64,000 nucleotides of DNA from an uncultured Chitinophagales bacterium (GCA_964653095.1 CAZZEH010000001.1:59833-123832); one strand, 5' to 3'; numbered from the stretch's first letter, positions 16,811 to 25,572 are shown. Translations and numbers: made by a program. Notes: a model not told the origin generated them from the letters alone.

Positions 16811-17938
16811 TCATAGTTCAAGACTATTCTCCACAACCCCTCTCATCAACACCGGGCAAAGCGGTTTTACCATTTCTTTTAATTGCTCATTAATGCGTTT
16901 TCTACTTTCTAAAGCATGGTATAGAGTTACAATAGCTTCTTGTTTTCCTATGCTTGGAATGGGAATTTTTATTTCTGTAAATCTTTCCCAATCTAAACTT
17001 GCTCTCACACTACTATCGCTGTAAAACCATCCCTTTCGATTAAACTCTGGACGATAAAACCACAGCATTAAAAATTCAGGAATAATAATTTTTTCATCTA
17101 ATACTTTAAATACGTGATAAGCTGGTGATATAATAGCAGGTTCTTCAAATGAATATAGAACAACTCTTACTGTTTCATCTCTGCCAACTTGCATTGCTGA
17201 ATATGCAAATTCACCTTTCTGAATAATTTTGTATTTCACTAAGTTTTCTGCGGTAGTCTTTGCTTTTGAAGGCATAAAAACTTTCTCTACATTAATTCCA
17301 AGTAGATTTGTTATTTCATTGTTTATATTCCTATTATCAACCAATTCGACTAAATTGCCAATTGAATCTATGTTTTCATCTTTGACAGTGTCCATATAAG
17401 TATCGCATATCAACTGCAAGTCCTCCAAGCTACTTTCATACACTTTTTGGTTGTTGAGCAAACCTTGATAAATAGCTACATATTTACGTTGTTCGGAAAT
17501 ATCGGGAATTGGGATTTCAATATCGCAAAAACGCTCCCATTCCAAACTTGCTCTTACACTGCTATCGCTAATAAACCAACCATATCTATCCGACTCTGGA
17601 CGTTGAAACCACATCATCATATATTCTGGAATTAGCTCGTTTTCATCTTTACTTTCAATAACCAAATAGGCAGGCGAAATAATTGCAGGCTCATCACCTG
17701 TATATAGAGCAAGACGAATGGTTTCATCTCTACCTACTTGCATTGCTGAATAAGCAAACTGACCTTTTTTAATAATTTTATATTTAGACAAGTCTGTACC
17801 CGAAACATTGGCAACGGAAGGCATAAAGTTTTTGGTAATATTGATGCCCAAAAGATTTGTAACAGCCAAATCAATATTTCTGTTATCTACCAATTGTATG
17901 TAGTCGCCTAAACGTTTATATGTTTTATTTTCAGTCAT
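16811..17938 (-). CDS. hsdS: type I restriction enzyme S (specificity) subunit
   Basis: Two TRD plus conserved-helix halves are present. The internal duplication has an ungapped 183-aa offset. The gene lies between hsdM and hsdR. Confidence 0.9.
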   Translation of the reverse strand: MTENKTYKRLGDYIQLVDNRNIDLAVTNLLGINITKNFMPSVANVSGTDLSKYKIIKKGQFAYSAMQVGRDETIRLALYTGDEPAIISPAYLVIESKDENELIPEYMMMWFQRPESDRYGWFISDSSVRASLEWERFCDIEIPIPDISEQRKYVAIYQGLLNNQKVYESSLEDLQLICDTYMDTVKDENIDSIGNLVELVDNRNINNEITNLLGINVEKVFMPSKAKTTAENLVKYKIIQKGEFAYSAMQVGRDETVRVVLYSFEEPAIISPAYHVFKVLDEKIIIPEFLMLWFYRPEFNRKGWFYSDSSVRASLDWERFTEIKIPIPSIGKQEAIVTLYHALESRKRINEQLKEMVKPLCPVLMRGVVENSLEL

Positions 17939-19139
17939 TCTTAATGCTTAATTGTTGCTCTATTTCTTCAATGGTAGGCAATGAAGATTTTAAATTTTCA
18001 GGTACTATTTGTGTAAGTTCAAATTCGCTCACACCCATTGGTTTATTAATATCTCGCAAAGCAAACTCTGCCTCTAAATTATTCTTTTCTCTACACATTA
18101 AAATACCAATGGTTGGTTTGTCGTTATCTTCTTTTAATAAGGAGTCAACAGCGGAAAGATAAAAATTTAATTTTCCTGCATATTCGGGAATGAAGCTGGT
18201 GTTTTTCAGTTCAATAACCACATAACATTTCAGCTTGATGTGATAAAACAATAAATCGATGTAATAATCTTTATTGGCAATTTCAAGATGATATTGTTGT
18301 CCAACAAAAGCAAAACCCTTTCCTAATTCCAAAAGGAATTTTTTGATATGGTTTACCAATTGATTTTCAATATCTCTTTCTCTGTAATTTTCAGAAAGCT
18401 GAAGAAAATCAAAAATATATGGGTCTTTGAGTGTTTGTTGTGCTAAATCGGAAAAAGGTTCCGGAAGAGTATTTGAGAAATTAGTTATTGCACCGCCTTT
18501 TCTTTGAAATAGATTTGATTTAATCTGTAAGGTCAAAGTATCTCTACTCCAATTGTTTTCTTTGGTTTTTTGAATATAAAAGAAGGCTTCATTTAAATCT
18601 TTGATTTTGGTTATTATTACAATAATATGTCCCCAAGGTATTTGAGCAATTACGCTTTCTAATATAGTTTGGTCAACAGCTTGTTGGCTTTTTGCAATAT
18701 CCTTGTTTTCAGCACCTTGCAATTGGTTCGCAACTTGTGAACCAATTGTGTTTTGCGTGTCTTCAAATAGGTTCACAGCCTGTGAACTAATTTCGTTTTG
18801 CGTGTCTTCCAATTGGTTAACAGCCTGTAAACTAATTTGAAATTCACCCTCAAGTTGGGAACTAAAAGCGAAGTATTCATAAAAAAGCCTACAGAATTTT
18901 AGGTTTGAAACCGAAAAACCTTTCATCTCCGGAAACTCATCTTTTAAGTCCTTTGAAACATTTTCTAAAACCTTATCTCCCCAATTACTTGTTTTGATTT
19001 TTTCAGAAAGCATTTTCCCCAAATCCCAATAAAAAAGAATGAGTTCTCTGTTTACAGCAACTGCCGCTTTTAATTGAGCCGAGCGAATTTTCTGCTTAAC
19101 TTCCCGAATCCATATTTTATAATTTTCATCAATTTGCAT
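17931..19139 (-). CDS. YhcG/DUF1016-family PD-(D/E)XK nuclease-domain protein
   Basis: The N-terminal DUF1016 helical pattern is WIREVKQKIRSAQLKAAVAVNRELILFYWDLGKML. The C-terminal part is FAFVGQQYHLEI...IDLLFYH..L.CYVVIELK. Confidence 0.85.
   Translation of the reverse strand: MQIDENYKIWIREVKQKIRSAQLKAAVAVNRELILFYWDLGKMLSEKIKTSNWGDKVLENVSKDLKDEFPEMKGFSVSNLKFCRLFYEYFAFSSQLEGEFQISLQAVNQLEDTQNEISSQAVNLFEDTQNTIGSQVANQLQGAENKDIAKSQQAVDQTILESVIAQIPWGHIIVIITKIKDLNEAFFYIQKTKENNWSRDTLTLQIKSNLFQRKGGAITNFSNTLPEPFSDLAQQTLKDPYIFDFLQLSENYRERDIENQLVNHIKKFLLELGKGFAFVGQQYHLEIANKDYYIDLLFYHIKLKCYVVIELKNTSFIPEYAGKLNFYLSAVDSLLKEDNDKPTIGILMCREKNNLEAEFALRDINKPMGVSEFELTQIVPENLKSSLPTIEEIEQQLSIKND
18706..18840. repeat. 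3 x 45-bp in-frame tandem repeat inside the yhcG-like gene
   Basis: Units 18751-18795 and 18796-18840 are near-identical and 18706-18750 is degenerate. They encode SQAVNQLEDTQNEIS / SQAVNLFEDTQNTIG / SQVANQLQGAENKDI. Confidence 0.8.
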
Positions 19140-19151
19140 AGCTTGTCGTTT

Positions 19152-20756
19152 TTAAAGTTCGTACCCCAAAGTTTTAAAAGCGTTAATCAATTGCTCCTGT
19201 GATTCTTTTTCTTTTTTCAACAGGGCTTTGAAATCTTGTTGAATCCGCTTCATTTCGGTGTCGAAATCAATACCACTGTCTTTGTCCACAAATTCAATGT
19301 ATTTACTGGGTACTAAGGAGAAATCATTGGCTACTACATCGACAAAGTTGGCAGATTTGCAAAACTCCGGCACGTTTTTATAGGATGAAGTTGGAGCTTC
19401 ATCCAGCCCAGGGGTCTGCCAGTTATGGTAATTTGCAGCAATTTTTTGAATGTCTTCTTCAGTTAGTTCCACATACTTCTTTTCATATTCGCTTCCCCAA
19501 CGTCTTAAATCCATAAACAAGATTTCTCCCGTACGGTCTCTGTAGTTTTTGGGTTTCTCCTTTGTATCATCGGTGCGTGCTTTTTTGTTTTTGTTCAAAA
19601 TCCAAAGCGTCACACTGATATCGGTGGTATAAAAAGTATTTCGTGGAATAATGATGATGGCTTCTACCAGGTCGTTTTCAATTAATTTCCTACGGATTTT
19701 ATATTCATCGCCACCACCTGACAAAGCGCCATTGGCAAGAATGAAACCTGCAACGCCATTTTCAGAAAGCTTGCTCACCATATTCAAAATCCAGCCATAG
19801 TTGGCGTTGCTTTTGGGTGGCACTTCGTAGCCCATCCAACGCGGGTCGTCCAACAATTCATTCTCTCCCCGCCAATCCTTCAGGTTAAAGGGTGGGTTTG
19901 CCATAATATAATCTGCTTTCAGGTCTTTGTGTTGGTCGTTGGAGAATGTATCTGCGTGTCTATCACCAAGATTAGCAGAAATGCCCCGAATAGCAAGGTT
20001 CATTTTTGCCAATTTGTAGGTAGTAGGTGTATTTTCCTGTCCGTAAATAGAAACTTCCTTTTTGTTTCCTTGATGACTTTCTATAAATTTGATGGACTGC
20101 ACAAACATTCCGCCTGTACCGCAACAAGGGTCATAAATAATGCCTTTGTAAGGTTCAATCATTTCTGCAATCAGGTTGACAATGGTTTTAGGTGTATAAA
20201 ACTCGCCTTTGCCTTTTCCGCTGCTTTCTTTCAGCGCAAATTGACCCAAGAAATATTCATACACGCGGCCAATAACATCTTGCCCTTTGTCTTTGAGGGT
20301 ATCAATTTCGTTGATGGTGTCAAGTAATGAAGCCAATTTGGTTTTATCAAATGCCAAACGGGAAAAATAATTGTCTGGCAAAGCTCCTTTCAATGCAGGG
20401 TTGTTTTTCTCAATGGTGTTGAGTGCTGTATCAATTTTAAGTGAAATATCGTTTTGTTTGGCATTTTTGATAATGTAGCTCCATCGAGAAATTTCTTCCA
20501 AATAGAATACATTTTTCATTGTGTAGAAATCCCTCATTTCTACATATTTCTCTTTGCCTTCGACCAAAAGTTCATCTCTTCTTTGCTCAAATTTATCTCC
20601 TGCAAATTTTAAGAAGATTAAACCGAGAACCACGTGTTTGTACTCAGAAGGTTCTACTGAACCTCTCAATTTATCGCACGATTGCCATAAAGTTTCTTCA
20701 ATTGATTTTTCTTTCTTGCCCTGAGCTTGTCGTACGAGTACTTTCTGTTTGGCCAT
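19152..20756 (-). CDS. hsdM: type I restriction enzyme M subunit (N6-adenine DNA methyltransferase)
   Basis: It has the HsdM N-terminal domain, the AdoMet motif IYDPCCGTGGM, and the catalytic NPPF (IMANPPFN). Confidence 0.95.
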   Translation of the reverse strand: MAKQKVLVRQAQGKKEKSIEETLWQSCDKLRGSVEPSEYKHVVLGLIFLKFAGDKFEQRRDELLVEGKEKYVEMRDFYTMKNVFYLEEISRWSYIIKNAKQNDISLKIDTALNTIEKNNPALKGALPDNYFSRLAFDKTKLASLLDTINEIDTLKDKGQDVIGRVYEYFLGQFALKESSGKGKGEFYTPKTIVNLIAEMIEPYKGIIYDPCCGTGGMFVQSIKFIESHQGNKKEVSIYGQENTPTTYKLAKMNLAIRGISANLGDRHADTFSNDQHKDLKADYIMANPPFNLKDWRGENELLDDPRWMGYEVPPKSNANYGWILNMVSKLSENGVAGFILANGALSGGGDEYKIRRKLIENDLVEAIIIIPRNTFYTTDISVTLWILNKNKKARTDDTKEKPKNYRDRTGEILFMDLRRWGSEYEKKYVELTEEDIQKIAANYHNWQTPGLDEAPTSSYKNVPEFCKSANFVDVVANDFSLVPSKYIEFVDKDSGIDFDTEMKRIQQDFKALLKKEKESQEQLINAFKTLGYEL

Positions 20757-20806
20757 ATATATTCCTTTTATATTGTTCTCTTATTTGTGTTATGCACGCA
20801 GACAGA

Positions 20807-20814
20807 CAAATTTA
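20807..20814 (-). promoter_or_regulatory. candidate -7 promoter box (TAAATTTG) for the hsdM operon
   Basis: This is an exact TAnnTTTG match on the minus strand, 50 nt upstream of the hsdM ATG. A TTG lies ~22 nt further upstream. Confidence 0.45.
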
Positions 20815-21140
20815 ACCTATTTTGCCCGAGTGTTGACAAGAAACAGCTCTTTTGGTTTTTCAGCTTAAGCTTTCGAGTTGGCAAAAACCAAATGTGCTGC
20901 TTTAGCGGTTGGCTCTTCAGTATGCCGCGCAACTCGTTCACATACGCAACTAAAATACATTTTATTTCGCATATATGTATCATTTTGGTTGTCTATACGC
21001 AGCCTTAATTGCACCCAATTTTAAAGGTCGTCAAACGGACTCTTGATATTTTGAATACTTTTCATAGTTACGTGCGTATAATTAGTTGTGCGACTACTGT
21101 AACTGTATTCTACCGAAGATTTAAAGAAATTCCAATACAC

Positions 21141-22316
21141 TTATTGCGGAATCCTATTTACAGAAGAAGATGAAGAGAGAAAGGCATTTGAAAAAATCCA
21201 TCCTTTCAGACTGTCTGCAAGTTCTCTCTGAGCGGCTTCATTCAAATGATACGTATCATGTGGAGAGATATTTTTCTTCTCCGTTTTGAGCCGAAATAGC
21301 TTGGATGAATATCCCGACAAAATTTTTACCAGTCTGAAATCATATTTAGTTTTGCTCAATTTTATAAAGCGTTTCAAATTTTTGTCATACATCCATTGTC
21401 CATCCTCTATGTCTGAATAAAATTGATTTTCTGAAACAAACACATTAAAACTTGCCTGATGATTCACGCACACACTTTGTATGGAGTCCAAAAGTGCCCG
21501 AGTCAGCCGAATACCGTATTCTAACCTTTTGGTCATAGTATCAGAATACAAAATCAGGTGCGTTTTTTCTTCTTTCAATTTTTCACTGATTCCCACCCAA
21601 GGAGTAGTTTTTTTGCTCAGCGAAGTATCCGCTCCGATCTCCGCTCTCGGAGGAAGAAAATTTTTACTCCAGACATCATCTAATTTTTGAGCTTTTCTAT
21701 GCTGTATGGCCCGCTCAAATAAAGCGGCTATTTTAAGTTCTCTTGTCTGCCGAAATTCAATATCAGACAGTTCCAAAACAAGCTTATCCTGCCGGAGTAT
21801 AAAAGTCGGTTTGGGAGTTCCGTTCCAGGGCCAATGAGTGGGAAACATATTGTTCCAGATGTCATTTTCGGGAGTAAACCACAAGAAAACATGGTCCATC
21901 TCATGTTTTTCAAGGACCTTTTGGAACCAAATCAACTGCTGATCCTGCCCGTATCCTCCGGTTCCCACAGTAAATATCCGATAAGTCGTCGAATCCGAAT
22001 TAAAATTTAGTACTCTTTGCAACAAATTTTCCATTTGAAGACTGTCTGCCAAATCCAGTGATTCGACCTGTGAATCTCCAAGAAGTAAAATCCACTTTTC
22101 GCTCTTCGGTTTAATATCCGGAATTGGTTTCCCTTTAAATCCATACTGATTGACCTCATTTGCATCGGGATTATTGGAGAGATAAGTCCACCCTGTCGGG
22201 ATTACTTCCAACTCTTTCGGGAAGTTTATCTTTCTGAAAAAAAACTCAGAAAGTATAAGCATGATTACTAAGGCAATCAGAAACAAAGCGATATTTCCTT
22301 TTACTGCTTTTCTCAT
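21141..22316 (-). CDS. membrane-anchored SGNH/GDSL-type hydrolase-like protein
   Basis: There is one N-terminal TM. Block I is LLLGDSQVE, block III-like is ENDIWN, and block V is HDTYHLN (DxxH). The ATG at 22316 is preferred over the TTG at 22331. Confidence 0.6.
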   Translation of the reverse strand: MRKAVKGNIALFLIALVIMLILSEFFFRKINFPKELEVIPTGWTYLSNNPDANEVNQYGFKGKPIPDIKPKSEKWILLLGDSQVESLDLADSLQMENLLQRVLNFNSDSTTYRIFTVGTGGYGQDQQLIWFQKVLEKHEMDHVFLWFTPENDIWNNMFPTHWPWNGTPKPTFILRQDKLVLELSDIEFRQTRELKIAALFERAIQHRKAQKLDDVWSKNFLPPRAEIGADTSLSKKTTPWVGISEKLKEEKTHLILYSDTMTKRLEYGIRLTRALLDSIQSVCVNHQASFNVFVSENQFYSDIEDGQWMYDKNLKRFIKLSKTKYDFRLVKILSGYSSKLFRLKTEKKNISPHDTYHLNEAAQRELADSLKGWIFSNAFLSSSSSVNRIPQ

Positions 22317-22429
22317 TTTTATGAGAACCAAGTTAGAAATTTATTACTTTCATATCTAATGAAAAAATGGAAGTTCGATTCAATGAACTGCCCAATATGA
22401 AATTTTAATATTTTGCAGTAACTTAAGAC

Positions 22430-24145
22430 ATGCTGTCTGAAAACGAGAACAATAAGATTCGCCAAGACATTATTCGATTTTTAAATGAATTGGACAGGAG
22501 TTCGTATGCGGACTTATATCAGAAAACAATCTATCCACACTCTGAAAAATTTGAAAGCAATATTGATATTTTAATTGCATTCACTCCAAAATTCATTCAA
22601 AGCTTAGCCTGGCTTTCAGACAATCCGACATCTTTTGCAGAAGGCTCAAAGTTGTTTTTAGACGGCATCAAAAACTCCCGGGCTTATAAGGATATTCTTT
22701 TCGCAATCTGGTCAAATCACCCCGACAAAACAGTTAAATTTATTACTGATTTGGATGAAGTCAGGCTAAACAGATTCATTAGAAAAATGGAATTTAAAGA
22801 CTCTTTCTATTATGAAATTGGGCCTCCAAACGACCGCAACCCAATTTATTTCCTGTATGACCGGGACACTCCATCGGCAAAAAGAGAAACATACGACAAC
22901 ATTCTTGATTTAGACGCAACTTACAATGGAGATACCGAATTCTATTCGAGAGATTATCTCAGCTGGCCGGGATTATTTCACATTTATTTTCCCGACAGAA
23001 AGATTATTTTAACTTCCGACAAGACAAAAATTCCCGATAAATATATTTACATTCTAACTTTCAACTACTTCAAATCATTTATTGAGCAACAGCAATTAAG
23101 AAACAGTCATTCTCTGCCTATTGATGAAAATATTTTAAAAGATGCTCAAATTGGTAAAGCTCTTATTTTATGGAATGACAGCCACGAATATTCAAATATT
23201 TATAAGAATAAAAAATGGTGGAACAAGGCTTTAAGCCAAAAAAAGATTGCACAAAATAGTGTTGTATTTACAGGAGATTTTACCGGGTACAGAAAAATAA
23301 ATGCTCCAAACAGATTATTTCCTTTTAGCATATTTCAAAAATCGAATCAAATTAAAACCAAGCTGTATGCAATCAGATATTTTGAAGAAGCACTAAAATC
23401 AATTATTCTTTACCATTATCCTAATTACTCTTTTAACAAAAGGTACGAAGCTCTCCATTCTGTGCAAAACGGCATCAAACACTTCCTTTGTCTGAATAAT
23501 ATTATAAAAGATTACAGAGTCACCTTAAGCTATCTCTTTTACAAAAATAATTTTCTTGAAACTTCTTATATCAGTCAGAAGGCTTTTAACGGTACAAAGG
23601 ATTTTCAGTTTAATCACAACTCACATTTATCAATGAAATCATTAATTGATTCTGAGCTATTTGAAAAATTCAGAGCAAGTCTTCCATGGGTTGTGGATAC
23701 AAAAGAGCAGGAGTCCGGATGGTGGAATACAATACCTATAAAAAATATCAGCCGGTCTTTTGTTTGGGTGAATACAGAAACAGAGTTTGGAAGCTATACC
23801 CCCAAAGAAAAATCTTTTATCACAGAAAAAACTTATAAACCTATAGCGTTTTTCATGCCTTTTATTATGGTGGGACCTCCACTGACTCTGCAAACCCTGA
23901 GAGAAGAAGGTTATCAGACTTTCTCAAAATGGTGGGATGAATCTTATGACAAAGAGGTTAATTCTTTAAAAAGAATGAAAAAAATTGAAGCATTACTCAT
24001 TGAAATCTCAAAATGGAGCAGAAAGAAATTACTTTCTGTTACCTTAGCGATGAAAGATGTGTTGGAACACAATCACAGGCATTTATTAAACGTAAAAAGA
24101 AGTTTGCCTTCTTTGCAGGCAGTCTTGGATTTATACCACAAATGA
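22430..24145 (+). CDS. hypothetical 571-aa protein (orphan; C-terminus with a weak glycosyltransferase-like FITEK...MVGPP motif)
   Basis: It is a long uninterrupted ORF. Its stop overlaps the ATG of the radical-SAM gene (ATGA at 24142-24145). No confident family call is possible. Confidence 0.6.
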   Translation: MLSENENNKIRQDIIRFLNELDRSSYADLYQKTIYPHSEKFESNIDILIAFTPKFIQSLAWLSDNPTSFAEGSKLFLDGIKNSRAYKDILFAIWSNHPDKTVKFITDLDEVRLNRFIRKMEFKDSFYYEIGPPNDRNPIYFLYDRDTPSAKRETYDNILDLDATYNGDTEFYSRDYLSWPGLFHIYFPDRKIILTSDKTKIPDKYIYILTFNYFKSFIEQQQLRNSHSLPIDENILKDAQIGKALILWNDSHEYSNIYKNKKWWNKALSQKKIAQNSVVFTGDFTGYRKINAPNRLFPFSIFQKSNQIKTKLYAIRYFEEALKSIILYHYPNYSFNKRYEALHSVQNGIKHFLCLNNIIKDYRVTLSYLFYKNNFLETSYISQKAFNGTKDFQFNHNSHLSMKSLIDSELFEKFRASLPWVVDTKEQESGWWNTIPIKNISRSFVWVNTETEFGSYTPKEKSFITEKTYKPIAFFMPFIMVGPPLTLQTLREEGYQTFSKWWDESYDKEVNSLKRMKKIEALLIEISKWSRKKLLSVTLAMKDVLEHNHRHLLNVKRSLPSLQAVLDLYHK

Positions 24146-25530
24146 AATTTTCGAAAGTCATAAAACAAACCATTCTTCCTTCAGGAGATTTCCAGAAAGC
24201 AGTACAGGGATATAATTTGAAAAGAAGTCCTCTGACTTGGAATACCTTTTGTCAGGCGCCTTTTACCAATATGTACATTGCACACCACGGCTATGTGCGG
24301 GCATGCTGCTACATTGCCGTACACGTATTGGGCGTTTGGCCGCATAAGAGTCTGATGGAAATTTGGAATGGTCCGAAAGCTGAAGAACTCAGAGAAGCAC
24401 TGAGTAACTATGATTTGTCAAAAGGATGCGGTACTTGTCATCAACAGCTTATGGCACGAAATTATGACGGTCTGAAGGCATCACAATTCAATTATCACAA
24501 AAGGAATAATAACGGCTTTCCTACCTGTATAGAATTTGAGTTAGACAATAAATGTAATCTCGGATGCACGATGTGCGATGAAAACTTCTCTTCGGTGATT
24601 GCACACAATAAAGGATTAAAAGCCTATAAAACACCCTATAATGAAGACTTTTTAGAGCAATTAAAACCTTTTATTCCTCATCTGCACGAAACTAAATTTT
24701 ACGGTGGTGAGCCATTCATGATAAAAATTTATTACGACATCTGGGATTTAATTTACAAGTTGAATCCTCAGTGCAGTATTAATATCCAGACGAATGGTAC
24801 AATTATGAATAAGAGAGTGAAAGAGCTTCTTGAAAGACCAAATATCAACTTTAACGTGTCTATTGACAGCCTGCAGGAAAAAAACTACGAAAGCATTCGC
24901 GTAGGTGCAACTTATTCGGAAACAATGAGTAATCTGGAGCGCTTCATTGATTATTCCAGAAAACACAAAACGTTTATGGGAATTTCATCTTGTATGATGC
25001 AAAATACCGCACATGAAGCCCCGGATTTTATTCGTTTTTGCAATGAACGGGATATTCAAATATACTTTCATACGGTCATACAACCCGAAGATGCCTGTAT
25101 CAAAAATATGGATAAAAAAGATATTGAAAATCTTTTAAAACATCTGAAATCTCAGGATTTTCAGGCTAAAACACCATTGCACAGAAAAAACATCAACCAT
25201 TATCGGGATTTTATTAAACAGGTAGAATATTGGTTAGAACATAAAGATGCAAATGAAACAGTCATGACACGCAATCCGGTTCAGGATTGGGATGATTTTT
25301 TTGATCGGATAGAAAGAGCTTCCATTGCTATCTTTGGGGAGGAGCCCGGTTTAAAAAAATCAGAGCATTTTAAATCAAATATTGAAAAAATGTATGCACT
25401 GGGAATTATCAAAGATAAAAAGGATATTTTCAGGCACGTACAACACGACGATTTAAGCAGTTCAGTACATAAAATTGTAGATTTATCCTTCGAACAGTTG
25501 GTACAGGCGTATCAAAACGAACACTTGTAA
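24142..25530 (+). CDS. radical SAM enzyme with an N-terminal twitch (half-SPASM) domain
   Basis: The radical SAM motif CNLGCTMC (CxxxCxxC) lies at 24553-24576. Upstream are CQAPFTNMYIAHHGYVRAC (C-x12-G-x4-C) and CGTC (CxxC). The ATG at 24142 is chosen over the upstream in-frame start at 24013. Confidence 0.85.
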   Translation: MKFSKVIKQTILPSGDFQKAVQGYNLKRSPLTWNTFCQAPFTNMYIAHHGYVRACCYIAVHVLGVWPHKSLMEIWNGPKAEELREALSNYDLSKGCGTCHQQLMARNYDGLKASQFNYHKRNNNGFPTCIEFELDNKCNLGCTMCDENFSSVIAHNKGLKAYKTPYNEDFLEQLKPFIPHLHETKFYGGEPFMIKIYYDIWDLIYKLNPQCSINIQTNGTIMNKRVKELLERPNINFNVSIDSLQEKNYESIRVGATYSETMSNLERFIDYSRKHKTFMGISSCMMQNTAHEAPDFIRFCNERDIQIYFHTVIQPEDACIKNMDKKDIENLLKHLKSQDFQAKTPLHRKNINHYRDFIKQVEYWLEHKDANETVMTRNPVQDWDDFFDRIERASIAIFGEEPGLKKSEHFKSNIEKMYALGIIKDKKDIFRHVQHDDLSSSVHKIVDLSFEQLVQAYQNEHL

Positions 25531-25572
25531 AGTACCGAAAAAAAAGCTGTAAAAGCGAGGCACGTACAGCAC

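Noticed and set aside
16811-17938. Possibility of a phase-variable hsdS shufflon.
   Set aside because: There is no second hsdS copy or fragment and no inverted hsdS repeats. No recombinase gene is present near the locus, and the internal duplication is direct and in-frame.
20851-20892. The inverted repeat TTTGGTTTTT...AAAAACCAAA as an intrinsic terminator for the SGNH-hydrolase gene.
   Set aside because: The stem is almost entirely A/T, the loop is 22 nt, and no T-run follows on the relevant strand. It lies about 250 nt from the stop codon. It is kept only as a possible protein-binding site.
24013-24141. An upstream in-frame start gives a 505-aa radical SAM protein that overlaps the 571-aa ORF by 133 nt.
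   Set aside because: The extension has no radical SAM or twitch motif and overlaps the preceding gene. The ATG at 24142 forms a classic ATGA stop/start overlap, so it is preferred.
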